Of a DNA stretch of 64,000 bases, positions 51,221-64,000 are shown in pieces. The stretch is taken from the NCBI GenBank assembly GCA_035221665.1, contig CM069149.1, forward strand, positions 43,338,001 through 43,402,000, in the 5' to 3' direction. How positions within the stretch are numbered: position 1 is the stretch's first letter; each line of letters starts with the position of its first letter. Origin of the DNA: Okamejei kenojei. Taxonomy: Eukaryota. The translations under genes and the position numbers were made by a program. The notes under the pieces are model-generated. The model made no database searches. It was not told the origin of the DNA and worked only from the letters and a program-made list of their open reading frames with translations.

Positions 51221-51788
51221 TGGGGCTGTCCCACTTAGGCAATTTATTTGGCGACTGTCATAGTCGCAGCAGGTTGCCGAAAAATCAGCGACTGGACACC
51301 CCCCCACAACAATCAACCTCCTAGTGAACGTCAAGCTACGGCAACTTACCGACAACTGGCGACCCATTAGGACGTTCACCTACAACCACATCTATGACAA
51401 CCTACGTCCACCCGCGACAAGCTATGACAAGGTAAGACAATTCAGTCCCCGGTACCTGTCGCCGGTTAATGTAGGTAGTTGCCAATGGAATTCACCGGTC
51501 AGCACCGGCAACAACTATCATCCTGGCGAAAATCTATGTCATCTTGACGACAACCTACGTCATCCTGGCGATAGCACCTATGTCAGGCTACGATCGTTGG
51601 CATCAAGCTCACGGGCACCGACTGTCGCCGAAAAGTTTTGAACATTTCAAAATCCAGTGGCGACCAGAAAAAAAGGTACGACTCTTTGGGTGACTGAGGA
51701 GACCATACAGGCGACACCCCGGCGACCATGTGGTGACAGCCTAGTCACCTGTAGATGCCTAAAAAATCGCCTAAGTGGGACAGGGGCA
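51221..51788. mobile_element. Harbinger-like MITE
   Basis: TAA TSD both sides; TIRs TGGGGCTGTCCCACTTAGGC / GCCTAAGTGGGACAGGGGCA; internal GACAACCTACGTC repeats; shares interior with 29859-30184. Confidence 0.85.
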
Positions 51789-54700
51789 TAAGTCCTTTAA
51801 AAATATTTAAATGTTGACAGATCCATCACCGAGTTATTTAATGTGGTTATCTTTATTACATCAGTTTGCTTGAACACATATCATTCGACCTGAACAATTC
51901 TGGGCCTCACAGGGATTCAGATCTTGGTGCACATTGCTATTTTCAGGCAAGCTGTGCATTTTTTAAACTGTTATTTATAAAATAGATTAATTATGTTGCA
52001 TTAAAGAGTTGACCACAAATATTTCAACAGTTGGGCAACAGTTACCAATAGTTTAGCATATACAGTAAGAAAACATCTTTGTGGGCAAGATGCTTTTTAA
52101 ATTTATGAAATCAGCTTACCATTCCACAGAGTATACCCTCGAGAAAAAACATATTTATAGTTTATTCTGGTTATTGATTCATGTATGTGGCAAATATCTT
52201 GGCATCAATTAATCTTTGTTTGTTATCAAATTGAATATAAATTACTGCATAAGTTATGACCTTAATAAACACATTTCAGTGAGATTGAAGGTTTTCATGT
52301 ACAGCTATCAATTCAAAGAATGTTTTAAAAATAATCTTTACTATATCAAAGTATTATTCATGGAATGTACTTGAGCAAAACAAGTTTGCAATTATTGGGT
52401 TGCATGCAAAATAAATGTTCACGTAAAGTAAAATACTTCTATTGTTTTACTAAGGAACTGAAATCTCCTATGATGTTCCAAAAGCTATCCAGCTTGATGT
52501 CCCTGAAGAGTCCAACTTGTTATCAGCTGCACAACAACAATTCAAACAATGTAAAACTAGTAGCACAGTAAATAAAAATCTGCATAAACAGAGCCTAGTG
52601 AAGAACGCAGATTTAACAATAAACAAAACTTCAAACCATCTCAACAATACCCAATAACTTTCAAAGAAATTTACTGCATCAATTACTTCCTCGTAATTTA
52701 AAGGTAGTGCTCAAGAAAAGTTCACAACAGTAAAACAAAAGTAGACCTACCTTAGCAACACTTTCCTTAACTGCTCTTAGTGTAGAGAAATATATTGGAT
52801 TTGGTACTTAAAGCAGTAGCTATTTTAACTTTATCTATTTGGTTGCTTTATCAAAGCAATTTTGGAGAGAACACTAATATTTTCCTATGTTCACATACAC
52901 AAACAGTGGAGTATGGTTACAAAGTGACCTTCTAAATACTTTTTTGTTAGAACTCGTCATCCTTGAATAATTATCAAGTCAGGCTTTTAAATCTATAAAC
53001 ATAATAGCTTCTGACATTTTAAATAATCTTTTAGCCAAAAAGGAGCCAGCATCATTCATTTAAAATGCATTTCAATATTTATAAACATTCTAAATGATAT
53101 TCAGAATAGATAACGTAATTCTTTTTTAAGTCTCTGATTTACAATGAGAGAAATTATATATATTTTTAAATAATATCTTAAATGTGTTAAATTTCCACTT
53201 TAAGCAAACAAAGCTTCCCACTCTGCTACATTGTCTTTACAATGGCGTTTTTGTTTCTAGTTTACAGACAAATTCTTTGTATCAATAATGAATTTGAATT
53301 AACTCTTCAATGAAGCCTTTCATTACAAAAACAAAACCCAGAACCTGAACTGGCAACTTTCCTAGTTATTTTCAATAATTAAAAGGCAGAGGGAAGGATT
53401 ATCCCCAAGAATAGAAACGCGTACAGTATATCTCCTCTTTCTCTACTAAGTGCTTTATATAGGATACTAATAAAATGTGCTCATTCCCAAGCATGTTCAG
53501 AAATAACAAGTGTTAAACAATAGGTCTGATATTACACAGCATGGGAGAAGCAGCAGTCTGATGCTGCAGAACTCCTAGCATTCATAGAGGAGCTTCAAAT
53601 TGAATATTCACACAATAAAAATCAACAATGAGATGGATAAATATGACGAATGTATATGTTTAATACTGGTTTGAGTATTTACACCAGAAAATGATTGTGA
53701 AAATGAATTATGAGATTTTTTTTCAAAATTACTACCCGTTATCAAATTTGTCCATTACTCGTAAGTGCAACACCCTTTCATTAATCGAATGTCACAATCC
53801 ATGGCCAGAATCATGATATTAGTAGTACTTAATTGATCTAATTAACTCAGGCAAAGTTACACTGTGTTAAACATTCAAAAATCTTTTTGATCCTGTTAGA
53901 TTCCACAAATCCCCCCTCAATTGTATGCTCTTGAGAACTGTAATCAGGAAATCTTACCATTGCTTGTCTTCGAAATTTTAAATTGGCACACGGGAAACCA
54001 AAAAGCAACAGAATAATCTGTCTTGACGTGATCCTTTTCCCTTAGATTTCCTTGGTAAGTTTAAATCTATTATTGTATTTATACATTTGACATATGTAAA
54101 TATATCAGATTTTGTAAGTTTTGTTTGCTGCAGCTCAAGACTGGATCAACTCAAAGAAACGTACAGAAATAAGGTATTTGGCTTGAATAGATTAACATAA
54201 AGGGATTTTTTGCACTCCAGGACTAGTTTCAGGAGAATAGCATGTTTCTGGCCTCCTGACTTCATCCTCCCCAGCGTGTGGAGCTTTATCCTCCATCAGA
54301 TGCCCATTTGAAGTGGACCACTGATGATTATTAATTGAAATGGACAAGGATACAACTGTGCATGTGCAATAGGTGGCTATTCGTAAATGTGAGGATCCCT
54401 CCAAGAGCTCACTAAACTCCAAAAACAGCATCCAGAAGTTGTGCTTTTTATTCAAACATTTAATGAATTGCAACCACCATTTGCTTTCAAAACTACGGAT
54501 CACAGTGGATTAAGAAATGTTTGTAATTTATTATGCTAATTCTAATAATTTTCTCTATTTCTTTAAGGTTTGGAGTTCAGATGAGACGTATGGCTGGGTA
54601 TTAAATGATCTGTTGTGAGAAAGGTAGTCCCCGTGTTGACGAAGGGTCCAGTGCCGTACTGTTCTAAAATGTTTCACTGTATCAGAACACAATGCTTACT

Positions 54701-55787
54701 TTCTTCATTTTATTCCAAAGGGATCACAGCAAAAGTCGATATGCTGAGAAATAAACAGGCTGTCAAAGCTTTATGTAAATAAAATGCATATAATTTAAAA
54801 GAGTCGAGGTGTATTCTTAAAGAATTTAAAGGTTAATATTTGAAACTAGAGAATAATTTAAAAAATAAATCCTATAATCATGCAGCAGAGAAAATGCTCA
54901 CCTCATATCTGCCACAATTTCTAATTGAGTATCTGACAACTATTTTCGTCCAGCCTTTGTGCTCCAAACTTCTGCTATACTTCTGTGTTTCAAGCACGTT
55001 GCGTGTCCAATATAGGTCTCACTGCCTGGCTGGACCTTTGTCGTGTTCTTTTAAAAAGGAAAGAAAAGCAAATTCCTTCTGCAATGCTAAACGCTACCAT
55101 GTAGCAATCACTTCTATAGATGTTGCCTGGAGAGGAGAACTTTAAATTTTTTGTTTATTGAGATGTGATTTCAATGTCTACCTAAATGCACTTACGACAA
55201 TGCCAGGAGTACAATGTGCTTCTCACAGTAATGAAAGTGTCTTACAGTGGAGACTATACCAACATTAATCATCAGTACAGTGTATCTGCTGCATGCCACT
55301 GCAGCCTGTGACATTTTATTTCATGCTAAGCGCAGCTGCCAGTACATCATTGGCATGAAAACCAAAGCACTCAGAATTCTGCAATAGTTCAAGTATTCTC
55401 AGGAGGAAATAGTGCTCTTTCTCCCTCCCCCTTTCTCTTTTCTTGTAGAGGAGACAGCTGAGAACAGCAATTCACAGACCTTTCTTCAACTGTCATTCAC
55501 CACGCCCTGTCTGGTCCCTCCTACTATATATGTCTCATTAAAAATGGTGCCAAACTGGCAGCATGCCACATGCTAAACGAACAATTTTTCCTCCAGAAAA
55601 AAAAGCAAAACCAGTTTATCACCATTCCCATCTCAATACACACGGTTACTTTACATTGCCAATTTTTTTTATATATTACTGCCGACTGCAGAAAACAGTC
55701 ATTTTTAAAAAAACTTGCACGATATAGGCTGGCTTCTTTTCTGGCTACTTTCTAGTTTATTGAATAAGAAGCTGGCAGTTGGCCAAA

Positions 55788-55888
55788 CCTTCTGTCGGAA
55801 AGCCGACCCGTCTCGATCCGAAATATCACCAATTCCTTCTCTCCAGAGATGCTGCCTGCCCCACTGAGTTACTCCTGCATTTTGTGTT
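55788..55888 (+). mobile_element. Penelope-like pseudo-LTR fragment
   Basis: TCTCGATCCGAAATATCACCAATTCCTTCTCTCCAGAGATGCTGCCTGCCCCACTGAGTTACTCC. Confidence 0.8.
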
Positions 55889-58624
55889 GACCGTCGCAAA
55901 GCTAGAGTCAGTCAAGGTCATACTGTATGCTATCAGCACAACTAGACTTACAGTAACCATGCTCACAGTCTAAGGTTGTCTTAGTTCAGGGGTGGGGGAA
56001 GGGATCTCGATGTCCCAACCTTCCAAAATGAATTGTAAACAATATTGTGATATCTATAAAGTTGTGAGCCGCCAAAACAGCAATGTGAGCTCAGTCTGCA
56101 ACCAAACCTTGCTCTCCCTCTTTCTCATACTGTTCACATTTAGAAGTGGAGTGTCCTTTGTGTGCATAATTTCACACTTATCAACAAAGAAAGATGCCAT
56201 ACTGCTTTCTGCCAGCTGATGCAGCTCCTCTGAAATGCCACAAGACTGCCGAGAGGCTCATTAATAATTGCAGATGGCTTTCCACTCCCAAACTTAAATT
56301 CTCAAGCACTGCATGATTAAGAGAGGTTCTGAAAGCTGTTCCTTTACCTTCTCTGTGCAACAGCAACTTAAAAACGTTCACTGATCAATTCAATAAATGC
56401 CGCCATAATTCAACAATCAATTTAACAAACTAGTAAAATAGATTAAATTGCTTTCTTTTTGTTAACACAGATAATTGGAATAATTCTAAAAAACTATGCA
56501 GATTTCTTTAAAATTCTGAAAATGTGTAGATATATTTCAAACTGAAAGTTGAGTTTTTTCTTTAAATGACTCATAAAGCCATAGATTGATTGTTCTTCAG
56601 TTGTACTTTCATCATAGATGAAATAAATCCGAGCTGCCACCGTACAAATTGCCAACATTATTTGTTTCAGTGAAATCATTCAATTTTAAAATGCGGCCAC
56701 TTAGCGCTGCAAAATGGCAACATTAAATTGGACAAAACAGCCTTGCGAGTACGTTGAAGAGATCTGGTAACGCTATACCCAAGGGCATCCCCTTTGGAAT
56801 TAAATTATCAGGTTACTGAGTATAGGTACTGTATAATAATCCAGTCCAAAAATGTAGTTGCTTTCTTTTCCCAAAGCAAAACAACAAAAGGTTATTGCTG
56901 TGAGAAGCAGGTTAATGAGGTTACCTGCAAGAAAGGGCATGTTGGGGTTTCCATTTCATGTCTTTCACAAAATTCTTGACAAGCCACATAATCTTTCCTT
57001 GTTGAGAGGATTTTATGATATTCTCACTGTCACAAGAACCACAAAATCATTCCACATTGACTCATTTGCCTTGTTTGTCCTCGACCATGTGTTCATCAAA
57101 AAAAGTAGAACTGAGACTAGAAAGCCATCTGAGGTGAGTGTACAATGAATGGAAGCGTTAGCAGACTATGCTACTTTGGTGGCTGTAAAATGCTTCCTTT
57201 TAAGAACAGAAGTGTAAAAGCAAACCAAACGCAAGTAAAAAAACAGCGCAATATAAATCTACAAAGTAGATCAGGAGGTTGAGATTTATAGAATTATCTG
57301 TGAGATTCGAAGGCGGACTCTCTTTGCCCACTTGTTTAAAATAACCAGCACTATTCCTTTGTATTCTGTCTTTTATATAATTACATTTTACATTTGAATC
57401 AGAAAAAAATCATGTGGAAATAGTGTTGATAAATAATGACATATAAAATGAAACATGACAAAATTAAACTGTGGTTATATCTTGTTATGTGTGGTTCAAA
57501 AAAAATACAGTGAGCAGAGATTTCATTTAGGTATGATGTGCTCTGTTGTCCTTGGATACAGCACTTACTCAGATAGTAAAACCCTATTTCAAGCCAATCT
57601 CTTATAACATTGCTACTGTATGGCTCGGCTGTGTGAAAAATCATTCTGGCATGATGTTACATCCTCCATCTTAGCCACAGCTGGCACTCAGCTACATGAA
57701 TAAAGAAACTGTGGTCATATATTCATTGCTGTGAGAAAACCTGAATGTTTAGGCTCCTAACAACCACATAAAAAGTTCATTGGCACTTTTTTTTCAGTCA
57801 GCCTCCTCTGACCTATAAACCTTTGTGACTGGAACAAATGCAAATAAAGCTGACTTGCTTAGACAAAACACTGAAGGGTATTCAAATCAGCTACTCCTGG
57901 CCTGCTAATACTAATTCACTGCATCACATGGCACAAAGCCTTTCAAAAGAAACAGTCGGCATTTTAGGCCCATAAAATCAAAAAGGGAGGATGAAATGAA
58001 AAACAAGGCAAAACTGTTGTCCAGTTACCTGCATCATTTGCTGGAACAGCAACATCACTTTCTCTGAATATAACAACTTGTAGGACTGTTTGGCCATAGA
58101 AAATCACATTTATACATAGTTATACACAAGCAAATAATCCAAATAAGTAAAATAGCAAAAAAAGACTGTATGAGGATACCAGAGGTTGAAATGAAACACA
58201 TTGAATGTATGAACAAGGACGGGCAAAAACAATTAAGAAAAACACATTCTGGATAGAATCTAAGCAACATACTCGCACTCAGTTAATCTAGTACCAACCA
58301 GCTTGTGTGCTATATTCCATTTCCTCAAGTTCATTTCCAGGACTATCAAAGTTTCAATTAAATAAAACATGAAATTACTCTATTTTCATGTCACGTCTTT
58401 GCAGAAGAAACACATTGGATTCATTCATATCAACCTGGTTATATGAAGGGTAGATGGTTGCAATCAATCCGGAAAATATTTCACAACATTGCAATTGTTC
58501 ATGGGTGATGCCTTATCCTGCTGCCTAATTGTGTATTTGCTAGCCTCAAGAATATCATCTCAGTATCTGGCTTGCCAATTGCATTCGGAAAATCATGCAT
58601 TTAAAATAGATTACTTTTCTAGTA

Positions 58625-58870
58625 AACATAGGTTAATCCTACTCAATCTTTCCAAGTAGGACACTCCCTCATCCCAATATGCGGTGAATTTATTTACATG
58701 GACTGCAATGCAAATATACTATTCCTTTGGGTTGGAAACTCCATCATCATTCAATGGGTGGTCTCACCAAATCATTGTAAAATCACAGTAGATTTGGTTA
58801 CTATAGTACTCCAGCCTTTTGCAAAGAACCATGACCAGCCATTTTCCTTCTCAAATGCTCACCTGTAACT
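58625..58870 (-). mobile_element. Very old CR1 fragment
   Basis: GTGGTCTCACCAAATCATTGTA (reverse: YNDLVRP) and spacing of neighbouring words resemble 5700-5960. Confidence 0.5.
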
Positions 58871-59872
58871 TAATGTTGCGTTTAAGTCACCAGATAATGA
58901 TACACTTTACACTAACATCTGATAATTCCACTAAATAAAATGGAAAAAAAGTTTTAAAATATATTCATTAATATTCATATTTGCCTAGACTGCATCTGCT
59001 ATTTTCTTGATACTACTTCATACTACTAATTAACCCAACAAGTCTTGCATCAAACTTGTATACATTACACACCATCTTTTAATGGAAATTATTAATATAG
59101 AATGTATCGCTCGATACTGACCCGTACTCGGCCTACAAACCTAAAAAGGCCAGGTTATTTCTCACCACTCTCTGTCCTTTAAGCAATCCTTTATCAATGC
59201 CAATATATTAAACTCAGCTCATTAAACCTATTGCATTAATGCCAGCATGCCTTTTGATAGCTTGCTTATTTCTGAAATCTGGAGTAAAGTTAAATTGGAA
59301 AAAGGTGGGAGAAGATAAATTAGGATGCAATCATTTTAAACAGTTAGAATTCTTTACCTATTATTTCTTTGTCCTCTATTTGCATTTCATAAGATGATTT
59401 CAGAAGACATCCACACAATTGGCTGTTAACACTTGGCTTGTTGTCTGCTGAGATGTCTGCTGAATGCACAAGATTTATTGTATGAATTTGTTACTCTTTA
59501 TCAAAAAAGTCCTAGCCTCTGTAAAGCTTATATATTTCTATGTTGCAGAAAAATGCTTTGAAAGTTATATCTCTAAACGTTATTTAAATGTTTTTGTAAT
59601 GGATAAATATCACAGAACTGCTTTTCATGAAGTATATTTTTCCCGGCAGAGTTTCTGATTCTCATTGTGCAACATGGAGAGCTAATGAGTTCTGTAGCCA
59701 GAAATGTTATATGCATTAAAACTTCAGGGACCCGAGAGAAAAAAAAACCTTTTTGTACTAAGTAGAAACTATCAGAAACAAAATCATCATTTTTTCATGG
59801 TTTCAGTGTTTGGATTATTGGTGTTAAAATTTTATTTTTATTTACATTAACTATTTTGCCTTATTTGGTATT

Positions 59873-60825
59873 GATATTAATTTATTATTGTCATGTGTAC
59901 CAAGAAACAGTGAAAAACTATACAGGAGCCAGGGACAGCAAAAGTACATGTCTATATCTATGAACCAGACTGCAGGATATAGTGTTACAGCTACAGAAAA
60001 AGTGAGAATTTTTTAAAAAAGTGCAATGAGGTAGGCTGGGAGATCAGGAACACATCCTTAGCCAATTACAGGTCCATTGAAGAATCTGAAAACAACAGAG
60101 AACTCTGCTGCTCTTGAATCTGGTGATCCGTGCTTTCAAGCTTTTATATGTTTTTGCCCAATGGGAAAGGGGAGAAGAGGGAATGACTGAGGTGTGTGTG
60201 GTCCTTTATTATGTTGGCTGTTTTCCCTCCATAGCTTGGCATAGATAGAATCAATGGGGTAGGCACAATCCTCATCACAATCAAAGGGATCTACATGAAG
60301 CACTGTCTCAAGAAGGTGGCAGGGTTCATCAAGGATCCCCACTATCTGGGCCACACACTCTTCTTTCTACTACTGTCAAGTAGGAGATACAGAAGCCTAA
60401 AGTCGAACACAAACATATTCAGAAACAGCTACTTTCCTACAAGTATTAGGTTCTTGAATCAACCTGCAGAACCCTAATCTTATCTCAGCAACAAACTACA
60501 ACCAACTCTTGAACTACCTTAGACTTGTTCTTTTTCATGTTTTGTAACTTTTTTTCTTTGTACTGTCTTTGATTACGTAATTGATGTATAAGTTATGTTA
60601 ATATGTGTTGTCTGAGTCTATGTGCCTGTGATGCAATATGGGTTTCATTGTACTTGCAGGAGACAATAAACTCGTCATGTCTTGACTTAATAAATTGTTG
60701 GTTATATTTACATCGAGGAACTTGAAGCTCTCAGTCTTCTCCATCTCAGCACCATTGATGTAGACTGGGACATTTACTCCACCCCACTTTCTGAAGTCGA
60801 TGACTAGCTCTTACATTTTGCTGAT
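59873..60825. mobile_element. Nested Rex1/Babar-like fragments (plus copy ~60262-60690 inside a minus copy)
   Basis: ORF 60295-60477 FIKDPHYLGHTLFFLLLSSRRYRSLK..RNSYFPTSIRFLN; minus-strand fragments on both sides. Confidence 0.8.
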
Positions 60826-61220
60826 CTAATTGCTATAAATATGCATCAGAATGTCCATTTTTATCCAATGTAAAAAATGTTTGTCATTCATACTAATTTA
60901 AAAACAATTTCCACTTCCCCACACTTCCTAGTCAATTATTCAACGAGACCTTAAGACATCTGATGTAGCACTATTATGAACTACATATTTTGTCATAGAA
61001 ATGCAAAACTAAAGATATGAAACTTCAAAGAAACAATTTTTCAACAAAAATTTAAATGAATCTACTTCATTTAATAAATCTTTCCTAATTCCCTCCATTC
61101 TATACTTTCTTACTCTTCATTGTCAACACAAGAGCTGATCCAATGGCCATCAACATAACCTTTGGACACAGTTTGGAACATTAACTAATAAGGAAATTAT
61201 TAGTAATCCCCGAGAACAAG

Positions 61221-61808
61221 GATCGTTTCGCCGAACACCTCCGCTTGGTCCGCAATAACCAACCCGACCTCCCGGTGGCTCAGCACTTCAACTCCCCCTC
61301 CCATTCTGTATCCGACCTCTCGTCCTGGGCCTCCTCCACGGCCAGAGTGAGCAACACCGCAAGTTGGAGGAACAGCACCTCATATTCCGTTTGGGGAGTC
61401 TGCATCCTCTGGGCTTGAACATTGAATTTTCTCAATTATGTTAACCCCTGCTGTCTCCTCCCCTTCCCACCTCTCCCTCAGCCCTCGGGCCCTGGCATTC
61501 CCTCTCTTTCTATATCTCTCCCCCACCCTAGTCGCACTAGCTTCTCATTTTCACACTACAAACAGATTACAATGGCTTGTTCCCTTTATCATCGATACTT
61601 TTTTGCATATCTTTTATTCATTGTTCTTTATCTCTCCACATCACCGTCTATATCTCTCGTTTCCCTTATCCCTGACCAGTCTGAAGAAGGGTCTCGACCC
61701 GAAATGTCGCCTATCTCCTTCCCTCCTTAGATGCTGCTGCACCCGCTGAGTTTCTCCAGCCTTTTGTGTACCCTCGATTCTCCAGCATCTGCAGTTCCTT
61801 CTTTAACA
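61221..61808 (+). mobile_element. Penelope-like element 3' end: GIY-YIG C-terminus, UTR, pseudo-LTR with hammerhead motif
   Basis: DRFAEHLRLVRNNQPDLPVAQHFNSPSHS / VLGLLHGQSEQHRKLEEQHLIFRLGSLHPLGLNIEF (stop 61442-61444, one frameshift ~61320); CTGAAGAAGGGTCTCGACCCGAAATGTC at 61681-61708. Confidence 0.9.
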
Positions 61809-61935
61809 AATAGAGGTTAGCTCTTGAGTTTATTCAATGAAAGAAGAGTCTTTGTTAAGGCAAACTATCCTTTAGGGTAGCTAAAGGATAGACAGTACAC
61901 TACAACCAAGTCACATTGACAAAGGTCTTATGTTT

Positions 61936-61986
61936 GTAGACAAAAATGCACAGCGGGTGAGGCAGCATCTAAGGAGCGAAGGAACA
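61936..61986 (-). mobile_element. Short Penelope-repeat insertion
   Basis: CAGCGGGTGAGGCAGCATCTAAGGAGCGAAGGA flanked by duplicated TCTTATGTTTG. Confidence 0.7.
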
Positions 61987-62653
61987 AGATCTTATGTTTG
62001 CACTCTGTATCACTTTATGAAGGATTTTTTTTTTAAAACAATCTGACTAGAACTTCTTCTTGGCATGTTCTCTTTAGTATAAATCTAACTTTAAGCTTCA
62101 CTTTCCATGTCTAAGGGAAATTATTGAAAAATGCAAAAAACAAGAATATCTGGTATGTATCCCAAAGGGATGATATTGTTAAATCTTCGAATCATGCTAT
62201 TGTACGAGTGCATACTGGGCTGGCAGTATGAATCACTTCCAATAAAAGAAACCTAATCTATTTGAAGGTTTGGGAGCTAAATTTGATAGCTGCTGAAAGC
62301 AGCTGTGGGGATTATATTGCATTGGTTCTGAAGCAGGCAGCATACCGACTTAGTGTTGCTCATTTCAAATGATTCAAGCAATCACCCGCAGTGTTGATTT
62401 GCTGTACACATCAGGTGAGGACCAATTTTGTGAGCAGTTAGCTCATGCTAGTGCCTGTCTTCAAGTATCAGTCAGCTTTTTCGCTTTAAGCAAGGTGCAC
62501 TGTGGCGAAGCTGTCCTTAACCACAATGCACTGAATGACAATGTGGGAGAGTACAGGTTTTAAGTGTATTGTATTGCATTTGTACAAAAGGGTTGTGTAT
62601 TAGAGGTGTACTATATTTGCAGGGGACAATTTGGCCCTCCGCACACGCAGAAG

Positions 62654-62783
62654 AAGGATGCACTCACTGAACTTGATAATGGGAGCAGCTATCCTCAAAG
62701 GTAAATTCCACACAATTGGAATCAAATCTTGAAAGAAGTCCAACGAACTCACACGAGTGATCAAGTTCAGTGAATGCATCCTT
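62654..62783. repeat. 24 bp inverted repeat pair, MITE-like
   Basis: AAGGATGCACTCACTGAACTTGAT (62654-62677) vs ATCAAGTTCAGTGAATGCATCCTT (62760-62783), one mismatch. Confidence 0.8.
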
Positions 62784-62829
62784 AATTGCCACATCCTACT
62801 AATTCCATCACTGAACCAAACACTCAGTT

Positions 62830-63245
62830 GTGAGCCTTTGCCTATCCAAACAGCAATGCTATTTTCATTCTATTGTTGATATTTCTTGCAAGCAATATAG
62901 TAAAAAGTGAAGACAATTTTTGTTTGTGCATCTTCCTGGGAGATATTTGACTTTTTTTTTGTAAAACATCTCTGGTTTTGAAGTACATTCAACTGTACAG
63001 ATCTGTAGCCCATCATGAACGACTTGCTGCGGCCTTGAACTTTCATCAACATGGATCTTACCTCCCATGTTGCAGGAGTTGTCAACATGTTGATATTTAA
63101 TAGAAACAGTGACATCACCTTTGGCAAGATATTCAATTCCACAGAGTGCTAAGACAAAGACTTTATATACTAGTATTTCCATGTAACATGTTTTGTTTTT
63201 GTTTGCACTTCCAGACCCTTTCATTTTTCTTACTTTTGGAGACAA
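62830..63245 (-). pseudogene. Possible pogo/Tigger transposase N-terminal remnant
   Basis: SPKVRKMKGSGSANK basic N-terminus and NRMKIAL/VWI resemble CENP-B-type HTH transposases; very decayed. Confidence 0.3.
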
Positions 63246-64000
63246 ACACCATCCTGAACCTGAGGTAGTTTTAAGTCAAATGAAAATGTCTTAATTATTT
63301 TTTTAAGTTTAGCCAAAGTATTTGAACTTTGGTATGGTTTTCCGAGTATAGTCATCAATGCTTCATTTGGGAAGCACCTGTGACCTGACCAATAATGTGT
63401 ATTTTCTTCAATTTTGTGGTGAAGCAATATTTATTGTATGGCTGAGATAATCTATCAGTACAAAAGTATAGATTGGTTTCATCATGCTCTCCAAAAGGCT
63501 CCATTGTCAAATTAAAGTATTATTCTGATGAGATATGGCAGATATTTGATTATGTAGGTTACATACCCCTTCTGTCTGACTTCCTATTAGTTGTATTGCT
63601 GAAAGCATGTCAGAGGAGAAGGGATAAGAATATGCCAAACAATATTATAACAAGTGCAAAACCTTGTTTTACTCCACTTTGTAACTTGAAGGAACTTGAT
63701 GATGATACCATAACATTACCAAATGTTGTAAATTTTTGTGGAGGAAATTGATAATAGTCAAATGTCTCAGGGGGAAAGTGATTGTGGGGGAGGGGAGAAT
63801 AAGAATTCCTTTTCGATATCTTTGTTATGCTGATTTAAATTAAATACACTATTTTTAATTCTATACATTTCTCCTTCAATGGTCTGATGGTGAATATTTT
63901 GTCTCTGGTAAATTTTTGCTCAAAAACCAGACTGGGCTTGGATGTACTCACTTTGCCTGTGTTCATGCTTTATTCAATACCACTCTGGCAATTAATTTAC

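Noticed and set aside
54192-54503. 103 aa minus-strand ORF
   Set aside because: No recognisable motif or splice context
61865-61892. 11 bp hairpin CTATCCTTTAG/CTAAAGGATAG as terminator
   Set aside because: Intrinsic terminators are not relevant here; isolated short palindrome
54-63751. Most short ORFs in the six-frame track as genes
   Set aside because: Eukaryotic non-coding DNA; ORFs are short, often use non-ATG starts, and are either TE fragments or have no recognisable domain

Overview
Eukaryotic, AT-rich, non-coding vertebrate DNA; no intact protein-coding gene, tRNA, rRNA or CRISPR array is supported. The repeat content (CR1/HER1-type LINE tails, an HE1-like V-SINE, Penelope-like repeats, Rex1/Babar fragments) suggests a cartilaginous fish, probably a skate or ray (inference). 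Mobile DNA includes a near-complete decayed IR/DR Tc1 transposon (9972-11579), a 1.5 kb CR1 RT fragment, a fossil Harbinger transposase with three Harbinger-like MITEs, and many Penelope pseudo-LTR copies carrying a minimal hammerhead motif. A repeat-poor zone (~30.2-42.9 kb) holds promoter-like sequence and probable 5' exons of an unidentified minus-strand gene. The most striking item is a ~143 bp TSD-flanked, (GAA)n-tailed retroposon (12841-12983) whose 5' end folds into a complete minimal HDV-like ribozyme; it is inserted inside a hammerhead-bearing Penelope repeat. A second short retroposon (46856-47250) has a highly structured 5' end. A tandem CRE/GC-box/E-box array sits in a transposon-like end (15604-15735). 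Family assignments come from motif recognition by eye, not database searches, and boundaries of old repeats are approximate.
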